From an uncultured Polyangiaceae bacterium (GTDB lineage: Bacteria > Myxococcota_A > Polyangia > Polyangiales > Polyangiaceae): 18,856 bases of DNA. Shown one piece after another: positions 8,039 to 17,078 of this stretch (within the stretch, counting starts at the first letter, position 1; each line of letters starts with the position of its first letter). The notes beneath the pieces were generated by a model. It had not been told where the DNA came from. It made no database searches and saw only the letters and a program-made list of their open reading frames with translations. The translations under genes and the position numbers were made by a program. The stretch lies in NCBI GenBank assembly GCA_964441055.1, contig CAYTYV010000070.1, forward strand, positions 1 through 18,856. The letters are read 5' to 3'.

Positions 8039-8905
8039 TCAGGCGCTCCAGCGCCGCACCAGGCCCTCCTGGGCCGTGGAGGCGACCAGCGTCCCCTCGC
8101 GGGTATAGAGCTGCCCCTGCACCAAGCCTCGAGCCCCGCTGGCCGAGGGGCTGTCCACGGCATAGAGCAGCCACTCATCGAGCCGGAACGGGCGGTGAAA
8201 CCACATGGCGTGGTCCAGGCTGGCCACCTGCATGCCCTGGCTCAGCCAGGAGACTCCGTGAGGCTGCAAGCTGGTGGTGAGGAAGTGGAAATCCGATGCG
8301 TAGGCCAATAGATACTGGTGAATCGACGGATCGTCGGGCAGCGCGTCGATGGCGCGGAACCAAACCTGCCGATGAGGTGGACGCTTGTCGGGGCGCACGG
8401 GTGAGACGGGCTTGACGGGGCGGATCTCGATGGGGCGCTCGACCGTGGCCTGCTGGCGCAGCTTTGGCGGGATGTGGTCGCGGTGGCGCTCGGCGAGCTG
8501 GCGCTCGGAGAGCAGCCCCTCAGGTCCCGGTACGGCCTGCGGCACGGCGGCCTGGTGCTCGAAGCCCTGCTCGACGCGCTGGAAGGACGCCGACATGCTG
8601 AAGATGGCCTTGCCCTTCTGAATGGCCACCACCCGCCGCGTGGTGAAGCTCGAGCCGTCGCGGATGCAGTCGACCTCGTAGACGATGGGCGCGGTCGCGT
8701 CGCCGAGGCGCAAGAAATAGCCGTGGAGCGAGTGCGCGCGGCGCTCGGCAGGCACGGTTTGCTCGGCCGCCGAAAGGGCTTGGCCGAGCACCTGGCCGCC
8801 AAAGACCAGGCCCCAACCCAAGTCCTGGCTCTGGCCGCGAAACAGGTTGTCCTCGATGCGCTCGAGCCGCAGCAACTCGAGCAGCTCCTGGAGCACGCTT
8901 CGCAT
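8039..8905 (-). CDS. tesB: Acyl-CoA thioesterase II
   Basis: It is colinear along its full length with my recollection of E. coli TesB. Shared blocks include LFRGQSQDLG, VFGGQVLGQAL, HSLHGYFLRLGD, RDGSSFTTRRVVAIQKGKAIF, SASFQ..EQGFEHQ, RPIEIRPV, HRQVWFRA, PDDPSIHQYLLAYASD, LDHAMWFHRPFRLDEWLLY and SPSASGARGLVQGQLYTREGTLVASTAQEG. Confidence 0.93.
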   Translation of the reverse strand: MRSVLQELLELLRLERIEDNLFRGQSQDLGWGLVFGGQVLGQALSAAEQTVPAERRAHSLHGYFLRLGDATAPIVYEVDCIRDGSSFTTRRVVAIQKGKAIFSMSASFQRVEQGFEHQAAVPQAVPGPEGLLSERQLAERHRDHIPPKLRQQATVERPIEIRPVKPVSPVRPDKRPPHRQVWFRAIDALPDDPSIHQYLLAYASDFHFLTTSLQPHGVSWLSQGMQVASLDHAMWFHRPFRLDEWLLYAVDSPSASGARGLVQGQLYTREGTLVASTAQEGLVRRWSA

Positions 8906-8970
8906 GGTGGACGAAGGCGTAGTGCGTTCGGGCGGTCGCGCCTAGCTCGGACTCGGCCGCAGCCCGTCGC

Positions 8971-10902
8971 TCATGGTCGCTCGCCAGTGGGCTCGCCCCG
9001 CCAGGTGCTGGCCGCCGTGCCCATGGCCAGCGCCGTGGCCACCCCCATCGCCTCCCACTCCCAGCCCGGTAAAAACGGCGCGACCACGGCGGCGACCATG
9101 TAGGGCACGGCGGCCCAGGCCAGGCTGCGGTCCACGGCCGCCGCTGCCATCCACACCACCGTGGAGAACAGCAGCAGAATGACCAACACGGCCCAGCCAA
9201 AGGGCATGCCGAGATAGCGGGCGAGCGGCGCGAACACGGCGCCCACGAAAAAGGCCGCCCACAGGGCCCAGAGAAAGCGCCGATTGACCGCGGTCTCGAA
9301 CAGCCGCTCCTTCCACACGCGCATGGCCAGCACCAAGAACGCGCCATAGCAGCCGTTGACCACCATGAAGGTCAGCAGCGGGTCGCGCAGCACCTCGGAG
9401 CGCGTCAGCGCGCCCAGCACGAAGTAGAGCCCCGCCCAGATAATCCCCATGGCCGTGAGCACGCGGGCGCGCTCTCGCCGACCGACCAGCTTGTCGGTGG
9501 TGCGGCCCAGCTCCCGCAGGCTCTCGATCTGCGCCACCTCCTGTTCGCGTTGGCGCTTGAGATCCAGAAGCTGCGCACTGAGCAGCTCGTTGGGCTGGGG
9601 CAGCTCGGCAATGAGCAGCCGGGCCGACTTCTCGTCCTCTTGGTCCAGCTCAAAGCGGACCATCATCTCGAGCAGCTGCTGCTGCGTCGCGGCGGCCTCC
9701 TCGTTGGCGGGCCACTCGCGCATGGCCTGCTGCAAGGCGAAGCGGCACTCGCCGAACAGCCGGTAGGTCTCGACGGTCTCGCGCTCGTCGCTGGGGTCGC
9801 ACTGCGCCAGGTGCTCCTGCAGAACCTCGAGTCGCTGGATGGCCTCCGAGCTCAGCTGCAGGGAGTGGCGGTGGTGCAGGTGGTTTTCGATGGCGCGACG
9901 TAGCGCCAGGACGGTGGCGTAGCGGTCGTCGGGATCGAGCGCCGTGGCCTTGCGGCAGATGTCGCAGAGCTCGGTGGGCACCGAGGCGTCGTAAGGGTAG
10001 GGCTTGGGGTCGACCGCTGCCTCCAGCGTCTGGATGAGGTTCTTGCCGAGGTTCCGCGGCATGCCGGTCAGGATCTCGTGCAGGACGGCGCCGAGCAGGT
10101 AGACGTCGCTGCGCTCGTCCACCGCTCGGGGGCTCGCCGCCATCTCGGGCGCCATGTAGCCGGGCGTGCCCGCGATGGCCTCGCTGTCCGCCACGTAGGG
10201 CAATCCCAGGTCGTTGTCGGGGTCGAGCGAGACCGCCAGGCCCCAGTCGAGCACGTATACCTCGCCGAACTCGCCCGCCATCACGTTGTCCGGCTTGAGG
10301 TCGCGGTGCAGGACGCGCTTGGTGTGAGCGTAGTGCACGGCGTTGCAGACCTGGATGAGCACCTCCAGGTGCCACTCGAGCGGATCGCCCACGTTCGCCA
10401 GCTCGCGCAGCCGCTCTTCGTCCCGCAGTAGCCGGCTCCACGGCGTGCCCGTGATGTGCTTCATCACGATGAGCGGCGCTTCGACCTCGTCCTCGCCGAG
10501 CATGTAGACGGGCACCACGTTGGGATGCTCGAGCACCCCCGTCACCCGAGCTTCGCGCAGCAGCTGCAGGTAGGCTTCGTCGCTCTCGATCTGCTCGCGC
10601 AGGCCCTTGACGGCCACCTCGCGGCGCAGGTGAAGCTGTCGGGCTGCCCGCACGATGCCCATGTTGCCGCGGCCGATGATCCGGTCGGCCATGCGGATCT
10701 GGGCGGGGTGGTCGCTGGCCTTGCCTACCAGCCGCGGCAGCTGCTCCAGCCGCGAGGGCGGCTCGCTGGCGGCATCGGAGGACGGCAGCACGGTGCCGCT
10801 CGGATTGCAGACGAGCTGCGTCTCATCCACGGCGCGCTGCGTCCATTGCTGCAGCAAGCTGTGCCGATAGCTGTCGCAGTCGAACCCTGCCTCGGTCCCC
10901 AC
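8971..10902 (-). CDS. Hanks-type Ser/Thr protein kinase with a C-terminal polytopic membrane domain
   Basis: The Gly-loop is IGRGNMGIV. The catalytic loop HRDLKPDNVM, the DWGLA motif (a DFG variant) and GTPGYMAPE are all present. A coiled-coil/helical linker is followed by 4-5 predicted TM helices (LTAMGIIWAGLYFVLGAL, FMVVNGCYGAFLVLAM, LWALWAAFFVGAVFAPLA, WAVLVILLLFSTVVWMAAAAV, AAVPYMVAAVVAPFL). The start is ambiguous between the ATG at 10902 and the ATG at 10692 (MADRIIGRG...). Confidence 0.85.
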   Translation of the reverse strand: MGTEAGFDCDSYRHSLLQQWTQRAVDETQLVCNPSGTVLPSSDAASEPPSRLEQLPRLVGKASDHPAQIRMADRIIGRGNMGIVRAARQLHLRREVAVKGLREQIESDEAYLQLLREARVTGVLEHPNVVPVYMLGEDEVEAPLIVMKHITGTPWSRLLRDEERLRELANVGDPLEWHLEVLIQVCNAVHYAHTKRVLHRDLKPDNVMAGEFGEVYVLDWGLAVSLDPDNDLGLPYVADSEAIAGTPGYMAPEMAASPRAVDERSDVYLLGAVLHEILTGMPRNLGKNLIQTLEAAVDPKPYPYDASVPTELCDICRKATALDPDDRYATVLALRRAIENHLHHRHSLQLSSEAIQRLEVLQEHLAQCDPSDERETVETYRLFGECRFALQQAMREWPANEEAAATQQQLLEMMVRFELDQEDEKSARLLIAELPQPNELLSAQLLDLKRQREQEVAQIESLRELGRTTDKLVGRRERARVLTAMGIIWAGLYFVLGALTRSEVLRDPLLTFMVVNGCYGAFLVLAMRVWKERLFETAVNRRFLWALWAAFFVGAVFAPLARYLGMPFGWAVLVILLLFSTVVWMAAAAVDRSLAWAAVPYMVAAVVAPFLPGWEWEAMGVATALAMGTAASTWRGEPTGERP

Positions 10903-11122
10903 AGAGCTCCATTGTCAGCCGGTCGGGCTGGTGGAGGCAAGTCATAGTGCGCGCTCGGCCGCGCTCGCAGCGGGGATGCAGTTGAGCTGCGAGCGGAGCA
11001 CGGTGGCGTGTGGCCAACAAATGTCAATGAATGCGAGTGGTTGTGTAGCGAGCTGGCTTGCTTGCCCGCGGCGGGCTCGCCGTGGTAGCGATCGCCGAGC
11101 AGCCGGTTGGGCGGCGCCTTTT

Positions 11123-11148
11123 GCGCGCGCCGTCTGCGCTGCGCGCGC
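11123..11148 (+). promoter_or_regulatory. GC-only hairpin (GCGCGCGC-N10-GCGCGCGC) in the 5' leader of the FAD oxidoreductase gene
   Basis: Two self-complementary GCGCGCGC octamers are separated by CGTCTGCGCT, 6 nt upstream of the ATG at 11154. The hairpin is preceded, not followed, by a T-run, so it is not a terminator. Confidence 0.2.
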
Positions 11149-11153
11149 CCATC

Positions 11154-12761
11154 ATGAGCGAGCACGATACCGTCATCGTCGGTGCAGGCATCGCCGGAAT
11201 TTGTGCGGGCTATGCGCTGGCCGACCGGGGCCTTCCCGCGCTGGTGCTCGAGCGCAACGAGTGCTCGATCGGTGGCCGCGTGGCCGCCTACCCGTCGACG
11301 AGCTTCGAGCACCAGGGCCGAGAGTACGTCGCGTCGCTGGAGCACGGGGTGCACGGCTGGTGGCGGCAATATCGGAACTTCCTCGCGCTGCTCGAGCACG
11401 CGGGGCTTCGGGACCGGCTCGTCGATGCCTACGACCAGGCCATCCTGTTCGACGACGGCCAGCAGATGCATCGCACCAACGTCGGGCGCCAGACTCAGGT
11501 GACGCCCTGGCCCGAGCCCGTGCATCACACCCCACTTCTGTGGAAGCGGAACATCCGACGGCTGATGAGCGTCCGCGATCTTCCCCGCATCGCCACCATG
11601 GCGGGCAAGGTCATGGAGAGCCTGTTCTTCGACCCCTACCTCGAGGCTCACCGCGAGCGCTACGATCGCTTGCCCGTCAGCGCCTTCACTCGCGATCTAC
11701 CCTTCTTCTTCCAGTCCTTTCTCAAGAGCCTGACCCGCAGCGGCTTCTTCTCCGATCCGCCCGAGGTCTCGCTATGGGCCTTCCTCTTGGCGCTGCAGCT
11801 CTACGTGTTCCTGCGCAAGGAGGACCAGTGCTTCTCCTTTGCCCGCGGCGCGGTCGCGCCCACCGTGCTCGAGCCGCTGGCCGAGCGGATCCGGCAGAAG
11901 GGCGGCGCCGTGGTCAAGGGGATCCGGGTCGAGCGCCTCGTGCGACGACCCGAAGGGGGCTGGCGTCTCGAGTTCCGTCGCACAGGGGCCGCCGAGCCGG
12001 ATGCGCCTGCCGAGCTGCAAGCGCCCGCAGGATCGCTCGCGGCCAAGGCCCTGGTGCTGGCCGTGGACGTCGAGGGCGCCAAGGAGCTCGGCCGCAGCTG
12101 CCCGGCGCTAGCCGATGCGCTGGGCGATGCCGACGTGTTCGTCGGACAGGCGGCCACGGCCATTCGCCTTTGGTGGAGCCGCTCTCCCAGCTCGCGCTGG
12201 GGCGAGAGCGGCGTGTTCGGCGGCAAGGCCACGGCGGACAACTACTTCTGGCTGCACCGCTTCGTCGACGAGTTCGCCGCCTGGCACGCCGAAACGGGCG
12301 GCGCCGTCTCCGAGTGCCACATCTACGCGCCCCAATCGCTGCACGCGCTTTCCGACGAGGAGCTTTTCAGCCGCGTGGAGCGCGACATGGCGCGGGCCTT
12401 CCCCGAGGTAGCCGGCTGCCGCATCCATCGCGCCATCGTGCGCAACCGCGCCACCCACATCAACTTCCCGGTCGGCTGTGCCCGCGCCTTTCCGCAGGTG
12501 GCCACCCCGTTCGACGACCTGGTGCTGTGCGGCGACTGGATTGATGGCAGCGTGCCGGTCTTGTACATGGAACGGGCATGTCAGACTGCGCTCAAGGCCG
12601 CCAACCTGTTGCTCGCCCGCCGCGGTCGTCCCCCATGGCCCATGCGGACGCCTCGGCGGCCGCCGCCTCACATGCGCCTGGTGCAGGCCGCGCTGCGGCA
12701 CGTCGACAGGCGCCTTCCCCAGCTCTGGCTCACCGGTCGGTCCTGTCGTCGTCGCCGCTGA
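11154..12761 (+). CDS. FAD-dependent oxidoreductase of the amine-oxidase/phytoene-desaturase (PDS/ZDS/HpnE-like) family
   Basis: The N-terminal dinucleotide-binding motif is VIVGAGIAGICAGYALADRG. A PDS-like segment EHGVHGWWRQYRNFLALLEHAGLRDRL is present. The C-terminal substrate/FAD motif is LVLCGDWIDGSVPVLYMERACQTALKAAN. The ATG at 11154 is preferred over the TTG at 11058. The last ~45 aa are Arg/Pro-rich and look like non-coding read-through (see findings). Confidence 0.85.
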   Translation: MSEHDTVIVGAGIAGICAGYALADRGLPALVLERNECSIGGRVAAYPSTSFEHQGREYVASLEHGVHGWWRQYRNFLALLEHAGLRDRLVDAYDQAILFDDGQQMHRTNVGRQTQVTPWPEPVHHTPLLWKRNIRRLMSVRDLPRIATMAGKVMESLFFDPYLEAHRERYDRLPVSAFTRDLPFFFQSFLKSLTRSGFFSDPPEVSLWAFLLALQLYVFLRKEDQCFSFARGAVAPTVLEPLAERIRQKGGAVVKGIRVERLVRRPEGGWRLEFRRTGAAEPDAPAELQAPAGSLAAKALVLAVDVEGAKELGRSCPALADALGDADVFVGQAATAIRLWWSRSPSSRWGESGVFGGKATADNYFWLHRFVDEFAAWHAETGGAVSECHIYAPQSLHALSDEELFSRVERDMARAFPEVAGCRIHRAIVRNRATHINFPVGCARAFPQVATPFDDLVLCGDWIDGSVPVLYMERACQTALKAANLLLARRGRPPWPMRTPRRPPPHMRLVQAALRHVDRRLPQLWLTGRSCRRRR

Positions 12762-12833
12762 GCGGCGCTCCGCGTTCGCGACGAGGCCAGGAGTAGCCGA
12801 GCGGCGCACCGAATCAGCCACCTCGGAGACGCG

Positions 12834-13826
12834 ATGTCCAACTATCCACCGTACGTCGAACGCGGCGGCGCGCAGGTCTTTCGCCAGCCGTTGGTGCTCT
12901 ATGGCCTGCACATCCGCGCCTTCGTGCTCGAGGCCGATCGCGCGGCTTTGCAGCGGCTCTGCGACCGTCAGCTCAACGCGCCCGCACAAGGTGTGCGGCG
13001 CTACGAGGTGCTGGCGCCGCGGATCATGATCGCCTTTGCCGAGATCGATCGCGCCACCTCGCTCGACCCGCGCGACCGCGAGCGCGGCTGGCTGCCCGAG
13101 ATCGACGTGGCCTTCTGGGTGCCCGTGGCCGTGTTGCGCCAGGACGACGGCGACTGGGACATTGCCGACGTGGCCTGGTTTCTGCCGTATTTGTGGGTCG
13201 ACAACGCCTGGGCCATGGCCACCGGAAGGGAGATCTATGGCTTCCCGAAGGAGATCGGCGAGTTCTCCATCCCGGTCAGCCGCGGTGGGCAGGGCGCCTA
13301 CAGCGTGTCCACGCTAGTGCTCGACAAGCATCGGCCAGCCACCCGCGCCCAGTTTCGCCAGGTGCTGGAGATCCGGCGGGAGGATGGCTTCCCCGACCAG
13401 CCCGACCTCGGCAGGACCTACCGAGATGCGGTCGATGCCTTTGGCGAGGTGTTCAAGCTGCTGTTCGGCGCGGGCGACGCCATCCGGCTGGCGCTCGACG
13501 TCGGCGTGGACGTGGCCCGACTGACCGACAACCTGTGGGACTACGTCAGGAACACCCGGGTGCCCATGGTCTTTCTCAAGCAGTTCCGCGACGCCAAAAA
13601 TCCCCGCAAGGCCTGCTACCAGCGGGTGATTCGCGCTGAGGCTGACGTGCACGCGGGCAGCTTCGAGGGCGGCGGGCCCTTGATGGGAGACTTCACGCTC
13701 GATCTGGCCGATTTCGACAGCCATCCCCTGGCGGCCGACCTCGGTCTGACGCCCGGGCAGAGCCACATCGACGAGGCCTTCTGGCTGGCCTTCAGCTTCA
13801 CCATGGACCCTGGCGAGGAGCTGTGA
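12834..13826 (+). CDS. Acetoacetate-decarboxylase-fold (ADC-like) family protein
   Basis: The block YLWVDNAWAMATGREIYGFPKEIG aligns with the active-site region of Clostridium ADC, YLDNEPAIAVGRELSAYPKKLG, as I recall it. The Schiff-base Lys position is conserved (FPK), but the adjacent Lys is replaced by Glu. An acceptable Shine-Dalgarno sequence (GGAG) lies 7 nt upstream. Codon usage is good. Confidence 0.65.
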   Translation: MSNYPPYVERGGAQVFRQPLVLYGLHIRAFVLEADRAALQRLCDRQLNAPAQGVRRYEVLAPRIMIAFAEIDRATSLDPRDRERGWLPEIDVAFWVPVAVLRQDDGDWDIADVAWFLPYLWVDNAWAMATGREIYGFPKEIGEFSIPVSRGGQGAYSVSTLVLDKHRPATRAQFRQVLEIRREDGFPDQPDLGRTYRDAVDAFGEVFKLLFGAGDAIRLALDVGVDVARLTDNLWDYVRNTRVPMVFLKQFRDAKNPRKACYQRVIRAEADVHAGSFEGGGPLMGDFTLDLADFDSHPLAADLGLTPGQSHIDEAFWLAFSFTMDPGEEL

Positions 13827-13848
13827 GCGGTCGTACGGCGGCCGATCC

Positions 13849-14466
13849 CTAGCGATCGCGGTCCGATCGCTTGGCCGAGTTGGCGATCTGCTGCCGCAGC
13901 GCGGCGTAGTCGATGTCGGGCAGCACGGTTGTGGGCTGCGGTATGTCGGGATCGTCGGCCGCGGCCGTGGGCGTCGGCTGCGGGGCCGTCGGCTCGCCTT
14001 GCTCGCTGCGAAGCTGCTCGCGCAGATCGCTGCTGCGCCGCGTGGGCATCACGGTCGTTTCCGCCTCGTCATCGGCGTCGCTGGCGGGCGGCGATCGGAA
14101 GGGTAGGGCGCCGTCGGGACGTGCCAGCGCGGCCCTATCGTGCGCTTTGGTGACCGTATCGCCCCACGGGTCCACGCCTTCCGCGGGCGGGCGCTCGGCA
14201 GGCGGCTCAGGTGCTGCCTCGATCCGTTGCAGCGCAGCCCAGGCCTGATCCAGCCATCGGCCGTGCTCCTCGTTGCCGTGGTGCATCATGCGGCCAAGAG
14301 CCATGAGAAGGTCGCGCGCCCGGAGGAGCCGCTCGACGCTCAAGACGCTGCTTGCACCGAACTGCTTGCGAAAGCGCTCGAGCCCTTGTCGCGGCGTGGC
14401 CAACAGCGCCCAGAGCACCGTCCAAGCCCTGTTCGGTGTCGAATCGCGCGCGTCGTCAGCAGCCAT
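13849..14466 (-). CDS. Hypothetical protein with a helical N-terminal domain and an acidic/Pro-rich disordered C-terminal half
   Basis: The ORF is intact and its codon usage is excellent; the last 22 codons nearly all end in G/C. The ATG at 14466 is preferred over the TTG at 14472. I recognise no domain. Confidence 0.5.
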   Translation of the reverse strand: MAADDARDSTPNRAWTVLWALLATPRQGLERFRKQFGASSVLSVERLLRARDLLMALGRMMHHGNEEHGRWLDQAWAALQRIEAAPEPPAERPPAEGVDPWGDTVTKAHDRAALARPDGALPFRSPPASDADDEAETTVMPTRRSSDLREQLRSEQGEPTAPQPTPTAAADDPDIPQPTTVLPDIDYAALRQQIANSAKRSDRDR

Positions 14467-14552
14467 GCGCAACCTACTCCACCATCATGGTAGCGCTCTC
14501 TGAGGATCCTGCGCAAACCGCCGAAGTCGCAGATTGTCGAGGGATCGGCCGC

Positions 14553-15767
14553 CTACTCGAGGTGCAGGATGGTGCCCTCGTAGCCCACGATCCACGCCTC
14601 GCCCTGGTCGATCACGGCGACGGCGTGAAGGTCGGCCGCGGTGGGGCTCGGCACGCCGAGCCAGGTGCTTCCGTCGAAGAACAGGATGGTGCCGTCCTCG
14701 CCCACGGCCCAGACGCTCTGGGCATCGGCCGCGCCCAGCCCGAGGAGATCGGCCTCGACGGGCGTGTCGACCAGGGTCCAGGCCGCGCCGTCGTAGCGGT
14801 AGGCGCTGCCGTCCGAGCCGACCGTCCAACCGTCGTCCGGGGCCAACATCAGCACCGAGTGCAGATCCTCCTCCGTCGGACCGTCATGGGCGGTCCACTG
14901 GGTGCCATCGTAGTGGAGCATGGTTCCATCGGGCCCGACCGCCCAGCCGTCCGAGGCGCTCGCCATGCCGACCGCGTCGATGCCGCCGTTGTCGTCGGTG
15001 TCCACCGCGGTCCAGTCGTCGATATCCCCACCAGAGTAGTGGCGCATGCCGACCTGCCCGTACGCGGGCGTGGCCCACCCGTTGTTGGCATCGAAGAAGG
15101 TCATGCCGTGGATGCAGCCGCCAGGCACGAGCAGCTCGGTCCAGCTCGAGCCATCGTAGTGGTAGCCCAGACCTGCGCCGCCCAGCGTCCACACGTTATC
15201 GGCAGCCAAAGCGGCCACGCCGTGCATGTGCCCGACAGAGCCTTCCGTCTCGTCGACCCAGCTCCCGCTCGTGAAGTGGAAGAAGTAGGGCACGTTGTCG
15301 TCCTCGTTGCCTCCGGTGGCCCAGCCCTCCTCGGCCGAGACGAAGTCGACGCCGCTCAAGGGAACGGTGTTGGGCACGGCGCTGGCAGCGGCGCTCGCCA
15401 TCCAGCCCTTGACGGCGATCTCGACCGATGCGTCGGCCGCGCCGCCCTCGCCGTCGTCAACGGAAACGGAGATGGTGGCCGTGCCGCGATCGGCAGGTGC
15501 GGTCCAGGTGATGGGGCCTGGGCCGCTTGTGGCGCTGAGCGAGCCCGCGTCGGCCGACCAGGTGTACTCGAGCTCGTCGCCGTCGGGATCGCTGGCCAAG
15601 ATCTCCAGCACCACCGTGGCCAAGGTGACCACCGCGCTGCGGTTGGCGCTTAGCTCGTCGATGGTGGGGTCTTGGTTGTCCGTCCCTCTGGCCGTGTCGT
15701 CCGAGCTACAGGCCGAAAGGGCGCCTGCGGCGCAGCCCAGGGCCGCCAGTGCAACAAATCGCTTCAT
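14553..15767 (-). CDS. Beta-propeller lipoprotein with Ycf48/BNR-like W-x-V-G repeats and an N-terminal Ig-like module
   Basis: The signal peptide MKRFVALAALGCAAGALSAC has an LSAC lipobox. An Ig/PKD-like segment follows (ITWTAPADRGTATISVSVDDGEGGAADASVEIAV). After that there are at least six repeats of the form DGWAVGxDGTxLHYDGxxWT, the pattern seen in Ycf48/photosystem-assembly-like and glycosidase-like propeller blades. Confidence 0.75.
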   Translation of the reverse strand: MKRFVALAALGCAAGALSACSSDDTARGTDNQDPTIDELSANRSAVVTLATVVLEILASDPDGDELEYTWSADAGSLSATSGPGPITWTAPADRGTATISVSVDDGEGGAADASVEIAVKGWMASAAASAVPNTVPLSGVDFVSAEEGWATGGNEDDNVPYFFHFTSGSWVDETEGSVGHMHGVAALAADNVWTLGGAGLGYHYDGSSWTELLVPGGCIHGMTFFDANNGWATPAYGQVGMRHYSGGDIDDWTAVDTDDNGGIDAVGMASASDGWAVGPDGTMLHYDGTQWTAHDGPTEEDLHSVLMLAPDDGWTVGSDGSAYRYDGAAWTLVDTPVEADLLGLGAADAQSVWAVGEDGTILFFDGSTWLGVPSPTAADLHAVAVIDQGEAWIVGYEGTILHLE

Positions 15768-15876
15768 GTCGCCATGCTCCCGTCCAAGGTTCGGCGCATG
15801 GTGGTTGTCGGTCGCGCCGTTGTCAACGCGCTTGCTGGCCGAGCCCCGCTGGCCGTCGCCGCGATGGGATTCGACT

Positions 15877-15904
15877 TTGCACGCCCACGCTGCAGCTCTA
15901 TCGT
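15877..15904 (+). promoter_or_regulatory. Candidate sigma70-like promoter for the lipid kinase gene (TTGCAC-N16-TATCGT)
   Basis: A -35-like TTGCAC at 15877-15882 and a -10-like TATCGT at 15899-15904 are separated by 16 nt. This would put the transcription start within a few nt of the ATG at 15913, implying a leaderless or very short-leader mRNA. Confidence 0.2.
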
Positions 15905-15912
15905 GAGTGGCG

Positions 15913-17007
<1,095 letters not shown>

Positions 17008-17078
17008 GGGGGTGTTTCACAGCCTGCTGCGTCGCGCGGCAACTGGTCCTGGCACCAGAGCGAGCTGCGGCCGAAGGC

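Noticed and set aside
17035-17060. TGGCAC in the convergent intergenic region between the lipid kinase and the esterase, considered as a sigma54 -24 element
   Set aside because: No TTGC(A/T) follows at the required 5-nt spacing. The site also lies between two converging gene ends, where a promoter is not expected.
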